DNA of 64,000 nucleotides. It comes from Utricularia gibba (lineage: Eukaryota; Plantae; Magnoliophyta). Positions 24,167 through 42,000 of the stretch are shown one piece after another. Location: positions 1,736,001 through 1,800,000 of the forward strand of contig NEEC01000018.1 in assembly GCA_002189035.1 (NCBI GenBank), in the 5' to 3' direction. Every line of letters begins with the position of its first letter. The stretch's first letter is position 1. Below the pieces are notes generated by a model. That model had not been told where the DNA came from, did not search any database, and saw only the letters and a program-made list of their open reading frames with translations. The position numbers and the translations under genes were made by a program.

Positions 24167-26059
24167 TCAAGGAGGTGGGCGGCTAACAGTAGAATCAGCA
24201 AGGGATGTTGAATCGGCATTTACTGCTGAATTGGCATCAGGTGAACCAAGGTTTCCAATCACACTATGGTTCCTACTAGTGTCAGCAGCATCCCTGGGTG
24301 GAAGTCTGTACGGTGAAGGTTGACCGTAAGCAGAACCAGAAGCGGGAGATAACTCAGAGGAGTAAGATGATGAGGGAGAGAAGGTGAATGAACTTGAATA
24401 ATCTGATGCTGAAGGTGAAACCGATGAAGATGATGAGCTTGACCTTTGCTTACGAAGATAAAACGAAGAAAACGACTCTACCAAACTGAAGGAAGGAGAT
24501 CGGCAAAGTGGACTGATCTGAAACTCTGGTTCTTTCATATCATCATTGGTCCACCTTGAGCTGCAGGTGAGATATGAAGCTGATGAATTAGGAGACCCCC
24601 GTTGAAATCTTGAAGGTTTAGAAACATCTGGAGTGCCATCAGGTTCCTTAGATTCCTCATGTGTCTCTGGGATGGCATCCATCTTGATCTGTGCAGGGTT
24701 CATTTTCAAGGGGGTTACTGCATCTTTTCCAGCGAGATTTTCCCTCAACGTGCTCCATCTGCTCTCTCTAGTAGGCACACAAGTCTCAGATTCTGATCCA
24801 GATAATAGAGGAGGAACCACCCCACCAGCAAGTGCATTGTGAAATGTTTCGAAATCCAAGTCATATTTGTCTACTTTTCTTTGAGCCAAAGGTGTAGAAT
24901 CAGGAGCCACATTAGCTCCCGGTGCAAGCCTCGGTTCCTTTGCCGATGCTGCATCATAGACATCAGCTGAACTTTTTCTAAAACTGAAAGCATCCCAGAA
25001 CTCCAAAGTCTCTTCTTTTTGTTTGACAGTTACAGCTCGGCCCTCAGCCCTTTCGTATCGAATTGCTTGGTCCGCAGCTCTCATGGCACTCTCAGACATC
25101 AGTTGTGGGCATTGCCTTCCAACCCAAATAAATATAGCCGAAGGAACTATCACAAGGAATGCACCACGAGGATCAAGTGCATCCTTACCTGGTTCACACA
25201 CCATCTTTGGCACCAGATGAAGGGGATCATAAGGTGAATGGGGTGCCATCCTGTAGATTCGGAGCGACGAATTTGGGCTTGGAGGCAACGCATGAACACG
25301 CTTCTGGCACTGCATAAGTTGGCATGCAAAGCCAACATTAGGATCAGCCACTCCTCTGGCTGCTTTCACCTTTTGGAAGGCATCTGTAAAGTTCATCCCC
25401 TGCTTCCACATAAGGTATGCAATCACCAAAGAAGTTGACCGGGAGATACCTCTACAGCAGTGAACCAGCACACGGCCTCCTTGCTCCTGAATCTCCTCAA
25501 AATAGTCGAAAACATCATACAGGACGCTTGTTATATCTTCAGATGGACAGTCCTGCAGCCAAAGTGTCTTGTACACTAACTCATTCTTGAAATATTCTGG
25601 GCAGGAGTGCCCAACACAGTTCAGAACATGTGTAATCCCATTCTGGTGAAGAATCTCTCTATCCTTGGCAACAGAATTACATCCCAAATACACATGATCC
25701 AAAACCTTAGAGCATTCCTTATCGAACAGAGAATGTCTGTTTTTCCGAACATCAAACTCTTTCAAAAGCACACCTGAAGTGGAGGTCTCAAAAGGGGCTG
25801 CAGATCCAGGATTAGCAGCACTGGGAGTAGAAGGAGTTGCCCATACGCCAATGTCATCAGAGCCGGCTTTAGGCCATTCTTCTATACTGGGGCGGACGAT
25901 GCAAAGTGGCTGCAGAGGAGGCAAGCAAGCCCTGGCCTTGCTGTTCCACAGAGGCTTAGAGATCGTTTTGCGAGGTGGGCATTCGGTCCAAGACATCGAT
26001 CTGGAATATGTCTTCCAACTCCCACCAGATGCCTCATCTTTCTCTTCCTCTCTTAGCAT
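24167..26059 (-). CDS. MKP1: MAP kinase phosphatase MKP1-like dual-specificity phosphatase (single ORF)
   Basis: EWPKAGSDD, FDKECSKV.DHVYLG, catalytic VHCCRGISRS, YRMAPHSPYDPLHLVPK, gelsolin-like LDPRGAFLV...IFIWVG and a Ser-rich tail. Confidence 0.92.
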   Translation of the reverse strand: MLREEEKDEASGGSWKTYSRSMSWTECPPRKTISKPLWNSKARACLPPLQPLCIVRPSIEEWPKAGSDDIGVWATPSTPSAANPGSAAPFETSTSGVLLKEFDVRKNRHSLFDKECSKVLDHVYLGCNSVAKDREILHQNGITHVLNCVGHSCPEYFKNELVYKTLWLQDCPSEDITSVLYDVFDYFEEIQEQGGRVLVHCCRGISRSTSLVIAYLMWKQGMNFTDAFQKVKAARGVADPNVGFACQLMQCQKRVHALPPSPNSSLRIYRMAPHSPYDPLHLVPKMVCEPGKDALDPRGAFLVIVPSAIFIWVGRQCPQLMSESAMRAADQAIRYERAEGRAVTVKQKEETLEFWDAFSFRKSSADVYDAASAKEPRLAPGANVAPDSTPLAQRKVDKYDLDFETFHNALAGGVVPPLLSGSESETCVPTRESRWSTLRENLAGKDAVTPLKMNPAQIKMDAIPETHEESKEPDGTPDVSKPSRFQRGSPNSSASYLTCSSRWTNDDMKEPEFQISPLCRSPSFSLVESFSSFYLRKQRSSSSSSSVSPSASDYSSSFTFSPSSSYSSELSPASGSAYGQPSPYRLPPRDAADTSRNHSVIGNLGSPDANSAVNADSTSLADSTVSRPPP

Positions 26060-26889
26060 TTCTGAGCTCTTTTCAGCCACTCTTGCAATTAGCTACTGAC
26101 ACATATACTCAACATTCAGCAAGCATGAACACCTTCTCTGCGCACAGAAACGCAAAGCCCATAAAATAACCTGTCTTCAGTGTAAAAAAGAGAAAGGTAC
26201 TCAAAACAGCAAAAATTAAGAAGCCAAATCAAAGACGAACACTCCGACGAAGCAGAAACCCATCGAAAGCCCCACGAAACACCAAAAAGGCCATATTTTT
26301 TTTGAAGATAAACGCGAAACCAACGCGGAGGACTCGGGCAACGCACTACCCACAAAAAAGTTCGACAAAGTAGCCGAATCGACCAATAATTACCACATGA
26401 AGCTCAATTTTCCAGAACCCAGAAAAGTCAAGGTATCAGATGAGCACTTACGGGAAGAAAGTCAATCGTTCCTTCGAGTCATAGCACAGTACTGCAGACC
26501 ATCATAACCATAGCGCACAAAGAAATTCGTAGACACATATCTGGGATATGGGGCAGGAAAATGATTTGTTGGAGCGAAGACTAATCTGTTCAACAAAGAT
26601 TCGTATTTTCTCTTTTGTTTTTTGTTTTTATATTTTCCCCTTTTTTACTTTTCCCCATTAATCAATTCCTCTACAAAAAGATCAAATCTTTAATGCCTTT
26701 TCCCCTTCGGTTCGTTCTGGAGTCTGAGTCTGCAACAGAATGAATCATTTCTTTGTGAAACGGAGCTTACGCATCGCTTCTTACATGCTAATCTCTGCAT
26801 TTCCTTGACTGAATCTTACAGTTAACAGACAGGGCCCTATTTACAGTCGAACTAGACGAAAAGATGAAACAGGGAATCCAGCTTGATGA

Positions 26890-27959
26890 TGATGGCTATG
26901 ACCACTTTAGGCTGAAGATTCAGTTTTCGGAGCGGCTCGATGAGTCTCGGTTGCCGCCCAGTCCACACCAACAGATTACACTGCGCTGGGATGCCAAACA
27001 ATGGCCATAAAAGATAAGCTTGGGAAAAGGTGTTTCTTCATCACAAAGTTCTTCCTAAGATCAACTCGTTTGCAGATTGCATATAGACTCTGTCATAACA
27101 AAATAGCATCACGTTTAGAATGCTTTGATTCTAACAAAGGAATCCGGAGAAAGAACTTACATGCGGTTCGGTTGACAAGCCAATACAAGAAGGGAGCAAT
27201 AAGCGGCCGCAATCTGGACCACCGGTATGCTTCTAACCAAAGATTGTTTTTTTTTCTCCCCACGAAAATGTGTAAACTCGTCCCTCTCTTGACAACATAG
27301 CAGCGAAGAAATTCCGATAGCTGCTTGTACAATGAAGATGCCTTTCGAGGATTCAACAAGTTGAGGGGTGGTCACCAATTTGCTCCCTTGAGCCATGTGT
27401 TTGGTTTCCGTGAATGAATTTTCACCAAAGGCATAGCATTTTCCGGCATCACTAAACAGGATCGTCCGGCCGGATCCGGCAACTACATGAATAATGTGAA
27501 TGCTTTGGAGGGATCTGAATTCATACACGCCTATTGCAGCATCAATGGGGTTTGTAAAACAAACTAGTTGCATATACGAAAAAACTGAACCTGATCGGGC
27601 GAGGGCATGGCTCCATCTCCAAGTTGCCCACAGTTGTTAGATCCAAAGGAATACACATCACCTTTAGAAGTCACAACAATACTGTGACCAGGTCCAGTGA
27701 AAGCCAGCGACTTCTCCCTGAGGGAACAGGCTTCTCCAGCAAGCCAGAACTTCAGTACGAGTTTCTACGACCCCCCACTGGTTGGCTTTAATTCTTGTCT
27801 CTGGTAGAAAGTCATTGGCTTAAATATAGCTCTTGTCTGTACAAAAATCACCACTGTTGATTGATTCATACACAAAGACGATGATTTGAGGGTGCCGTGA
27901 AACTGAGTTCTTGATGCGAATTTCACTGCGTTAAATTGCCCGCTCCTCGCCGCCTCCAT
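26890..27959 (-). pseudogene. Pseudogene of an RCC1/UVR8-like repeat protein (At3g26100-like)
   Basis: IFKPM....RQELK...GGS*KLVLKFWLAGEAC.REKS...GPGHS..VTSKGDVYSFG.NN.GQLG with TAG at 27765-27767 replacing the conserved Trp. Then RSLQSIHII..VAGSGRT, VTTPQLVES, a frameshift at AAIG, IPVVQIAA.YC.LL.LACQPN.M and degraded SVG.GLGG / LNLQPKVV fragments, with internal deletions. Confidence 0.85.
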
Positions 27960-28486
27960 GTGAACAGCTTGGCATTCCCTTCATCAACCGCAAAAACCCA
28001 AGCTTGGGAATGAACCCCAACAAAGTCACAATGTTCAAGAATTCCCCAACTTCATTTCTCTCGATAGAGATATGATTTAACCTTTGAAACTCTTATAAAA
28101 TCACAATCACCACCATCTGAAACTTGGCTCAGCGCTCTTGACCCTAAACGAGGACACAGCTTCCCCTCCAAGGGATCTGGACTACGAAAAAAAAATTGAC
28201 TTCTAGCACAAAATCACAACCCTAACCTATCACCTCTCTCGCACAGTCCGTGAATAAAGAGGGGGCAATGGAACCCAATGGGTTGGGGATTTTTCTGTTT
28301 CACTGACAACACAGAGTCGGGGAATGGAATGGCGATGGGTGGCCACAAACAAAAGACGGTGGTGACCACCGTGGACGTCACCGGGGAACTGGACGCCGGC
28401 ACGGCGGCCCGGTGGATGATGCCTACTAATTTAATTCAACTAAATACACAAAACACTAAAAAAAAAAAAAGGGAAGATATTGAAGG

Positions 28487-28526
28487 TGGGCCGGGCCCAT
28501 GGGCACAAATTATATTAACGGGCCTT
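28487..28526. promoter_or_regulatory. Site II motif cluster between the RCC1 pseudogene and DEAH7
   Basis: TGGGCC, GGCCCA, TGGGCA and GGGCC occur within 40 bp upstream of the DEAH7 leader. Confidence 0.45.
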
Positions 28527-28863
28527 ATGGGTCCACGGACTAGACATGGAACCCAATCATAAGCTCTCTGCCTGGGCATGATTTCTTCATGCCGAGATTT
28601 CAAGTGGAATGAGCTTCTTTCTTCAATCGAAGCCCTTCCTTTCGGGACAAGAAATTTCCGGCGAACCTGCAGCGGGAAGTCGCGATTTTGCTTTTGATCT
28701 ACTCCAGCGAAATCTAGGCTACTAGGTAATGTCTTTCATCGAGTTTCTGTTTGAATTTGGGGGCTTGCATGCTCCTGTTCTTGAACAGTATAAACGACGA
28801 CTAGAAACTGATATGGTGCATTTCTCCTGTCTTCCAGATTAGTAATTTTTTGGGTTGCCGGCC

Positions 28864-34527
<5,664 letters not shown>

Positions 34528-35163
34528 GCAGGCGATATACAGAAGATTGTAGTTGTGCACCTGTACACATTTTTGTACCAGCAAGAAATCAACGAGACCA
34601 CTAGTTTTATGTTGGATGAATTAATGTGATTTCGAAAATTATGAGAAAATAGTATATTAATATTAATTATATTATAACATTTGATACATAAAAATAAATA
34701 TTTAAATATTTAATTAGTATAAATATAATTAAACTTTTTTTATTTTTTTATTTATTCACATATTCAAAAAATAAGTATGTGAGTGATATAATCTCCATAC
34801 TATACTATTATCAAATAATCTCCATGAATCATTATTAGAACTGTGGGAAATTTGAAGTTCCCAATTTTGTGTGTTGAAATGGAGTCTTTTTTGTCACCTT
34901 TCTGGTCTCCGGCACCAAAAACCTATCTTGCTGAGGACCAGGTGACGTTGTGGAGATATATTTGATGGTAAGGAGCAAAGAAAGATGTCTCCTTGACACT
35001 TGCCAGAATGAAACGAAGTATGCCATAGCTTTGTTGACAGAAAGATTGACCATGGCCCCTTATTGTGATTATTTGTAAAACTACCCAAGTGTAGTTTTCA
35101 AGCCCCATCATCGGATAATCTTCAACTTTCGTCAGATTGCTTCACCTGGGATTTCCCTCAATC

Positions 35164-36650
35164 ATGGCGGATGGTCCAGAGGAGGAGGAGGAGAAGCTCC
35201 CCGTGATAACCGGTGTGGCTTCTGAGAGTGGGAGCAACGATTTGGAGACGCGTTTCAGCAAAGCCCTCGGAAGATTGCATCTTCTCCTCTCTGTACTGGG
35301 GTTTGAGCAGTCTTCACTTCACGCCTTTGTAGCATCGTGGGCGTCATTCTTGGTGATGGCGGTTGTCCTCCCTCTGGTAATGATTCACTTCCCGGATTGC
35401 TCCGGCTGCGATACGCCGGGATTCGAAACCGGGATCGTGGCTTCCCAGGCTTGTATGGCTGGTGCAGCTCTGATATGCGTTTCCCATAACCTGAGAAAGC
35501 ATGGTATCAGGAAGTTCCTTTTCGTTGACCCAGAAAACGGGCACTCAGAGAGGTTCGCAGCTGAGTATACGCAGAGGATTTCAGTGAGCTCCGCCGTGGT
35601 TTTTACTCCGTTACCCAGTTGATGATGCCTGAGGAATGAATGTATGTCTTCTTCTCCGGTGCAGGATTCCCTGCGGTTGCTTTTGAAGCTGTTGATCCCA
35701 TGCTCCCTGTTGAAGATATGCAGAGAGATCTTGAGGTTCATGCACGTTGGCCGCCGGCCGCCGTGGCTGTCGGCCGGGATTCTGCTCTGCCTGGTTGCAT
35801 CATGGGCCTTTGTGACTACCATCATCTTCTCAGCTTCTGTCCTGTTCTACCTTGTGTGCAGCTTGCAGATCCTGCACCTTGATGACTATGGGAAGCTCTT
35901 GGAACGAGAAGAGAATGCCGCAGAGCTGCTGCGAGAACATGGCCGCCTGCGGCATCACTTGTACAAGATAAGCCACAGGTTCAGACTGTACCTCGTCACA
36001 CAGTTTCTTCTGGTCACAGTCGTCCAGTTCATAAGCCTGGTTAAGACGACGGAGCTGGAGATCACCTTCATCAATGGTGGAGACTATGCGGTAAAGTCAG
36101 CAGTGGCCCTGCGGGTGCCGGTCACCTTCTCAGGCTGCTGACATGTTGTGTTCATGGGGATGGGCAGGTGTCTTCGGTGGTGCAGGTGGTGGTGATCATT
36201 CTCTGCTTGAACGCTGCTGCAAAAATAACTCATAGAGCACAAGGGATAGGAGCATTGGCTACCAGATGGCATGCTTCCATTACAACCAATGCAGCTCCTT
36301 GGAGGAGTCCTGAAGGGACCGGAGATTCGGAATCCGGCGGTTCTGGAAGTGACTCCGGCTGGCCGGATTTCGATGCATCAGCGTTGCCGTTGTCGGCAAA
36401 CCTAGCATCAGACATATCAACGTACCACAAGAGACTGGCTCTAGGTATACCTGTTTTGACATCAAGCTGTTCCATGTTCGTTTGCTTTAACCTGAGAACT
36501 TCTATTTCAGTGATGTATTTGAGGGAGAATCCAGGGGGGGTAACGATTTTCGGGTGGACGGTGGATCGAGGTTTGATCAATACAATTTTCTTCCTTGAAC
36601 TGTCCCTGGTCACATTCGTACTGGGGAAAACGGTTGTTTCACAAGGGTAG
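35164..36650 (+). CDS. DUF3537 multi-pass membrane protein; exons 35164-35583, 35665-36090, 36168-36444, 36511-36650
   Basis: LRKHGIRKFLFVD, LVCSLQILHLDDYG, RHHLYKISHRFRLYL, CLNAAAKITHRAQGI.ALA.RWH, GGVTIFGWTVDRGLINTIFFLELSLVTFVLGKT. Confidence 0.9.
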
Positions 36651-36856
36651 AAAGAAAGCTCGAAGCTGAGCAGAGGTGTAAATGGTGTATTTTGTTATTG
36701 CAAGAGAATGTTTTAGGTGAAGCACAGGGTCAGAATAGAATCTCTACTAGCAACATTAAAAGAAAGTCTCAAATGGAAATGTCAAATATATCAGTAACAT
36801 GATGGGAGAAAACGTGACGACTTCAAAACCTGGTGTATGCCACTGGGAGCTTCAAA

Positions 36857-38074
<1,218 letters not shown>

Positions 38075-38146
38075 CGTCAACGGCGGCAGACACGCACACT
38101 GCACAACAAAATGTGTTCCCCTTCCTCCCTGAAACGAATAAACTAT

Positions 38147-38217
38147 AAACCCTAACGAACATTGGGCTTCGTAATCAGATTTTCTAGGCTTTCGCTTATC
38201 GAATGAAGCCCGGCCCA
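38147..38217. promoter_or_regulatory. Telo-box plus site II motifs of the RPL17 promoter
   Basis: AAACCCTAA at 38147-38155, TGGGCT at 38163 and GGCCCA at 38212. This combination is established for plant ribosomal protein genes. Confidence 0.75.
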
Positions 38218-39027
38218 TCAACCTTAAAAAGGATTTATTTTACTTATTTTAAATTGTTTTGAAAAAAATAATGTCAAATTCATTTTTAGATAATTATACT
38301 TCATTTTATATGAATTATATTACTTTTCGTAAATAATAAGAATTGATGGTAATCTTCAATTAGTTTGTATTAGTTATCGATTAATATCATTTATTTATAA
38401 TATAAATATTTAATTTTATAAAATATTTTAAAACACATTAGGCTGATGGATTGAATAAAACTAATCTAATTCAACGCATATGTAATTTAAGATCATAGGG
38501 CTACTCTTTGTGTATTCAAATTCGAGAAACATACTTAGAACAAATGATTATTTCATGTAATATTTATTTAGATACAATATCTTTTCAAATTGCAATCATT
38601 TATACTATCAATATGATATCGTTTCGAAACTCATTACGAACCCATCATATCAAAGTAAAGGTATTATAATATCAGATCTCAATCCTACTCAATTCGAAAT
38701 TTAATAGGAGCTCTTAAGGATGAGATTGAGCCACCATCGTCTAGCCCAAATTTTATCTGTGTAAAACATTGAGAAATGAAAGTGAATGGAGGAAGAAGTG
38801 ACCATTGGACAGAGGACAAATTCCTCCATTTAGGTCGCTTCAATGGTTCTGGGTGAAGTAGCAACTGAGGAGTATGGGGTTAGCCATCGCTGAAGCATCC
38901 AGTTTTATTGGGCAACTCTGCAAATACACGAGGCAAATACCGCAGCTCCCACCGGAGATGGCCATCCATTACTTCTCTGTGGGAGGAGGAACAGAAGAGA
39001 AGATGCATTGTCTCCAGGGGAGGGAGG

Positions 39028-42000
39028 CTAAACGAGGTAAGACGACAGGAAGCTTGTGAACGCAGTTACGTCGGTCCAGTCAGGGAAAAGAGATTTCAGG
39101 TTCTTTGTTCTTTCGGTTAAATGCAGGTCCACCACTGCAACATCGATCCTCAGAGGCTCTGGAGATGTAGACTGCATGTTTTCCAATACCAAAATGAGTT
39201 GAAAAGAAGGAACAGCATTGCCATCAACATGCAAAATTCAGAGAGACTCGGGTGTATGGCTTGTTTACCTCCAACCAGAACGTCCAGTTTTCATGGCTTG
39301 AGCCGGAGAGTCGACATATGTAGGACGGTGGCCCGTTCTGTGGCTTCACTGGTGCTGGTTTTGTTGTGCATTCAAATGGCATCATCATATGGGAGTAGAT
39401 GGGAGGAGTTGAAAAGGTTAATGCTGTGTTACCTGGGAGTTTATGATCAGTGAACGACCAGTTCGATAATGGCCCGGTAATGTTCAAAACTGCAACCCAT
39501 ACCTCCTTCAAACAACTGAGGGACATTGTTAAAAATATGAGCTCAGACATCATATGAATTGTATTATCTAAGGCCAGAGAGATGAAACAAAGTGCATGTG
39601 TGTTGATTAGGTTTATCCTTGAAACGCTCAGGTCACTTCAAATTTTGTTCATATAGGGGTTGCAAGAATGCAAGGTGACTGAAATACATAGAAGTAGACT
39701 ATGAACTCCTGTTACTTCATGGAATTCAGGCATGCAATACTGTTGGAGATGCAAAAGGTATCATGTTAAAAAAACAAACAAATTTCTATAATATGTTTGA
39801 AGTTTACCCCATGGATAGTTGCAAGTTAACCTTCCGTGGCGATCCCATGGATGCACCCAACGAGTTCTCGACTGATAAATGTGGAAAGCATGCATATTCC
39901 TGTGACACATCTTCAGTACTTTCATGAAACTTCAAGGTTGTTGAGAATAGGAGGTGGGAGATTGGAAAGATTCCCTGCAAAGAGAAAAAAAAACACTGGA
40001 ATCAGCTTTCTTATTCAACTAAGAAAAGGTTTGCAGATAACAAAATGTTAATGATGTATGTAGTTGTTGATCTGGATAGAAGGTACCTTCCATGTATCAG
40101 AACACGATGGGTCAACAGTCCCAAAGGGTCCGCTGTCCCCATGAAGTGCGTTGACCACTTCAGGAGAAAGTTTCAAAACAGAGACCATAGGGTTGGAATC
40201 AGTAACAGCAAAATCAAAAGAAGCATTCAGTATCTGATTCGTATCTGCGATCATTTTGAAAACCAATCTAAGTACGAAACATATGGAAGGTGCAAGCTTA
40301 GTGAGAGAAGCAATAAGACCCTCAATAGAGAGGGTGAAACACGTTTCACTGATCCTATAAAAGAAGAACACCAGAAATTAAGCACACCGCGGTCACCTGG
40401 GATACCTGTTATCCAAATAGTGTGCTGAAAGACAACTCTCTTAGGAGCATCCTTGCTGTATGGAAAGAATTGCGATGAAATTGCGAAAGCAAGAATAGTT
40501 CCATGAAACAAAAATTTCAAAACTGATGATGTGGCCAATGAATTCCCTACTACTGGTAAAAGAGGACCAATACACCAGCCAGTGACTACTCCAACAACAG
40601 CCGCAATAATTACATCAGGGACAAAGTAACCTGCAACGTAAATGTCCTGGTGGTGAATTTAATATTTCATCATTCCCAAATTTCTTTGCATTGTTTAGAT
40701 TGGTTCTCACACAATACTACTAGAATGCAATGCCTTCAGAATGTGCAACCATATCCCAAACATTACATTCAAAACATGAAGAAGAGGAAGCAAGCTGCAC
40801 TACAAGGCTTGAATTGATAAAAGTATCCGGAAAGAAGAAAAGGTACTTCACCATAGGGAGATGGAAGGGAGCCCATCATGCCCATTTTCTCGATCAGGAA
40901 AAGGGTAAGAAATCCGCCAAAGCATAAAGAGTACATCAGACATGGTAGCAAGAGAACCACATAGCATGCTTGTGACCTGATGGGAGGCATTTTGATATAT
41001 ACGTAGTTCATATCTTAGAAGGTTCAACTGAATACTGATGGAATGCACTATAGAAGTAGCTTGTTGGATATGCCAGATTGAAAAGAACCACTATTTAAAT
41101 TGTACCTTGTAGATTGATAGCCAAAGTGTTTGACTGAAAGCTGGAAAACATTCCATGCGAGAAGCATAAACGCTGCTATACTGAATGTTATGAAACCTCC
41201 ACCAGAACCAGACGCAAGGTAAGCCTGAGCTTGACATCAGCTCAGTAAAATTAATGAAATGCAAACACATGCTAGTTACAGAGAACTTAAAAGAATCACC
41301 ACATACCAACGTAAAGAGAGAATAGAAACCAAAAGCTCCCCAGAACCTAGATTCATCAACCAACTCCTGTAAAATGCAGTGAACTGTGTTAAGGATATTC
41401 AACAGAATAAACTAAATGTGGCTTTTAATTAGTCTCCCCAGTATTAAAAGGATGGTATGGAGATAACAGCTTCCTTGCTAATAATATTATTATTAAAACA
41501 ATGATCACACTGAATGAATATGTTAAAAAAATATTAAACATATAAAAGGAAAATCAGAAACCCTTAAGAGCTTACAATGAAATAAGCCTCTCATAGAATC
41601 ACTGACCTGGCGTGACAACAGTGACGAAGAAACTTCTTGAAATAATGGGAAATATTTCCAGAGAACTCTTGGAGACAACAAGCCCATTACTGAACAAGGA
41701 ACAAACGATAGAAAGGCCAAAAATGGATTTCCAAACCTAAAACATGATATAGTAAACGATGAGTAACATAAGAAGCGCAAGACAAATAGAAAAAACGTGA
41801 CATCACTACAGAATACTGACATCTTTGAGAGAAATATAAAAACAAAAAAAACAAGACAAATACCAGTGCATTGAATGGGATGAGAATAACAATGGAAAAA
41901 TAGCAAATGCTGCTGGAAAAATAATTGCAAGAATTATTCCAGCAGCATGTTGAAAAAGTCCTGCATTACAATAGCAAAAAAAGACTCTTTTAGACATCAC

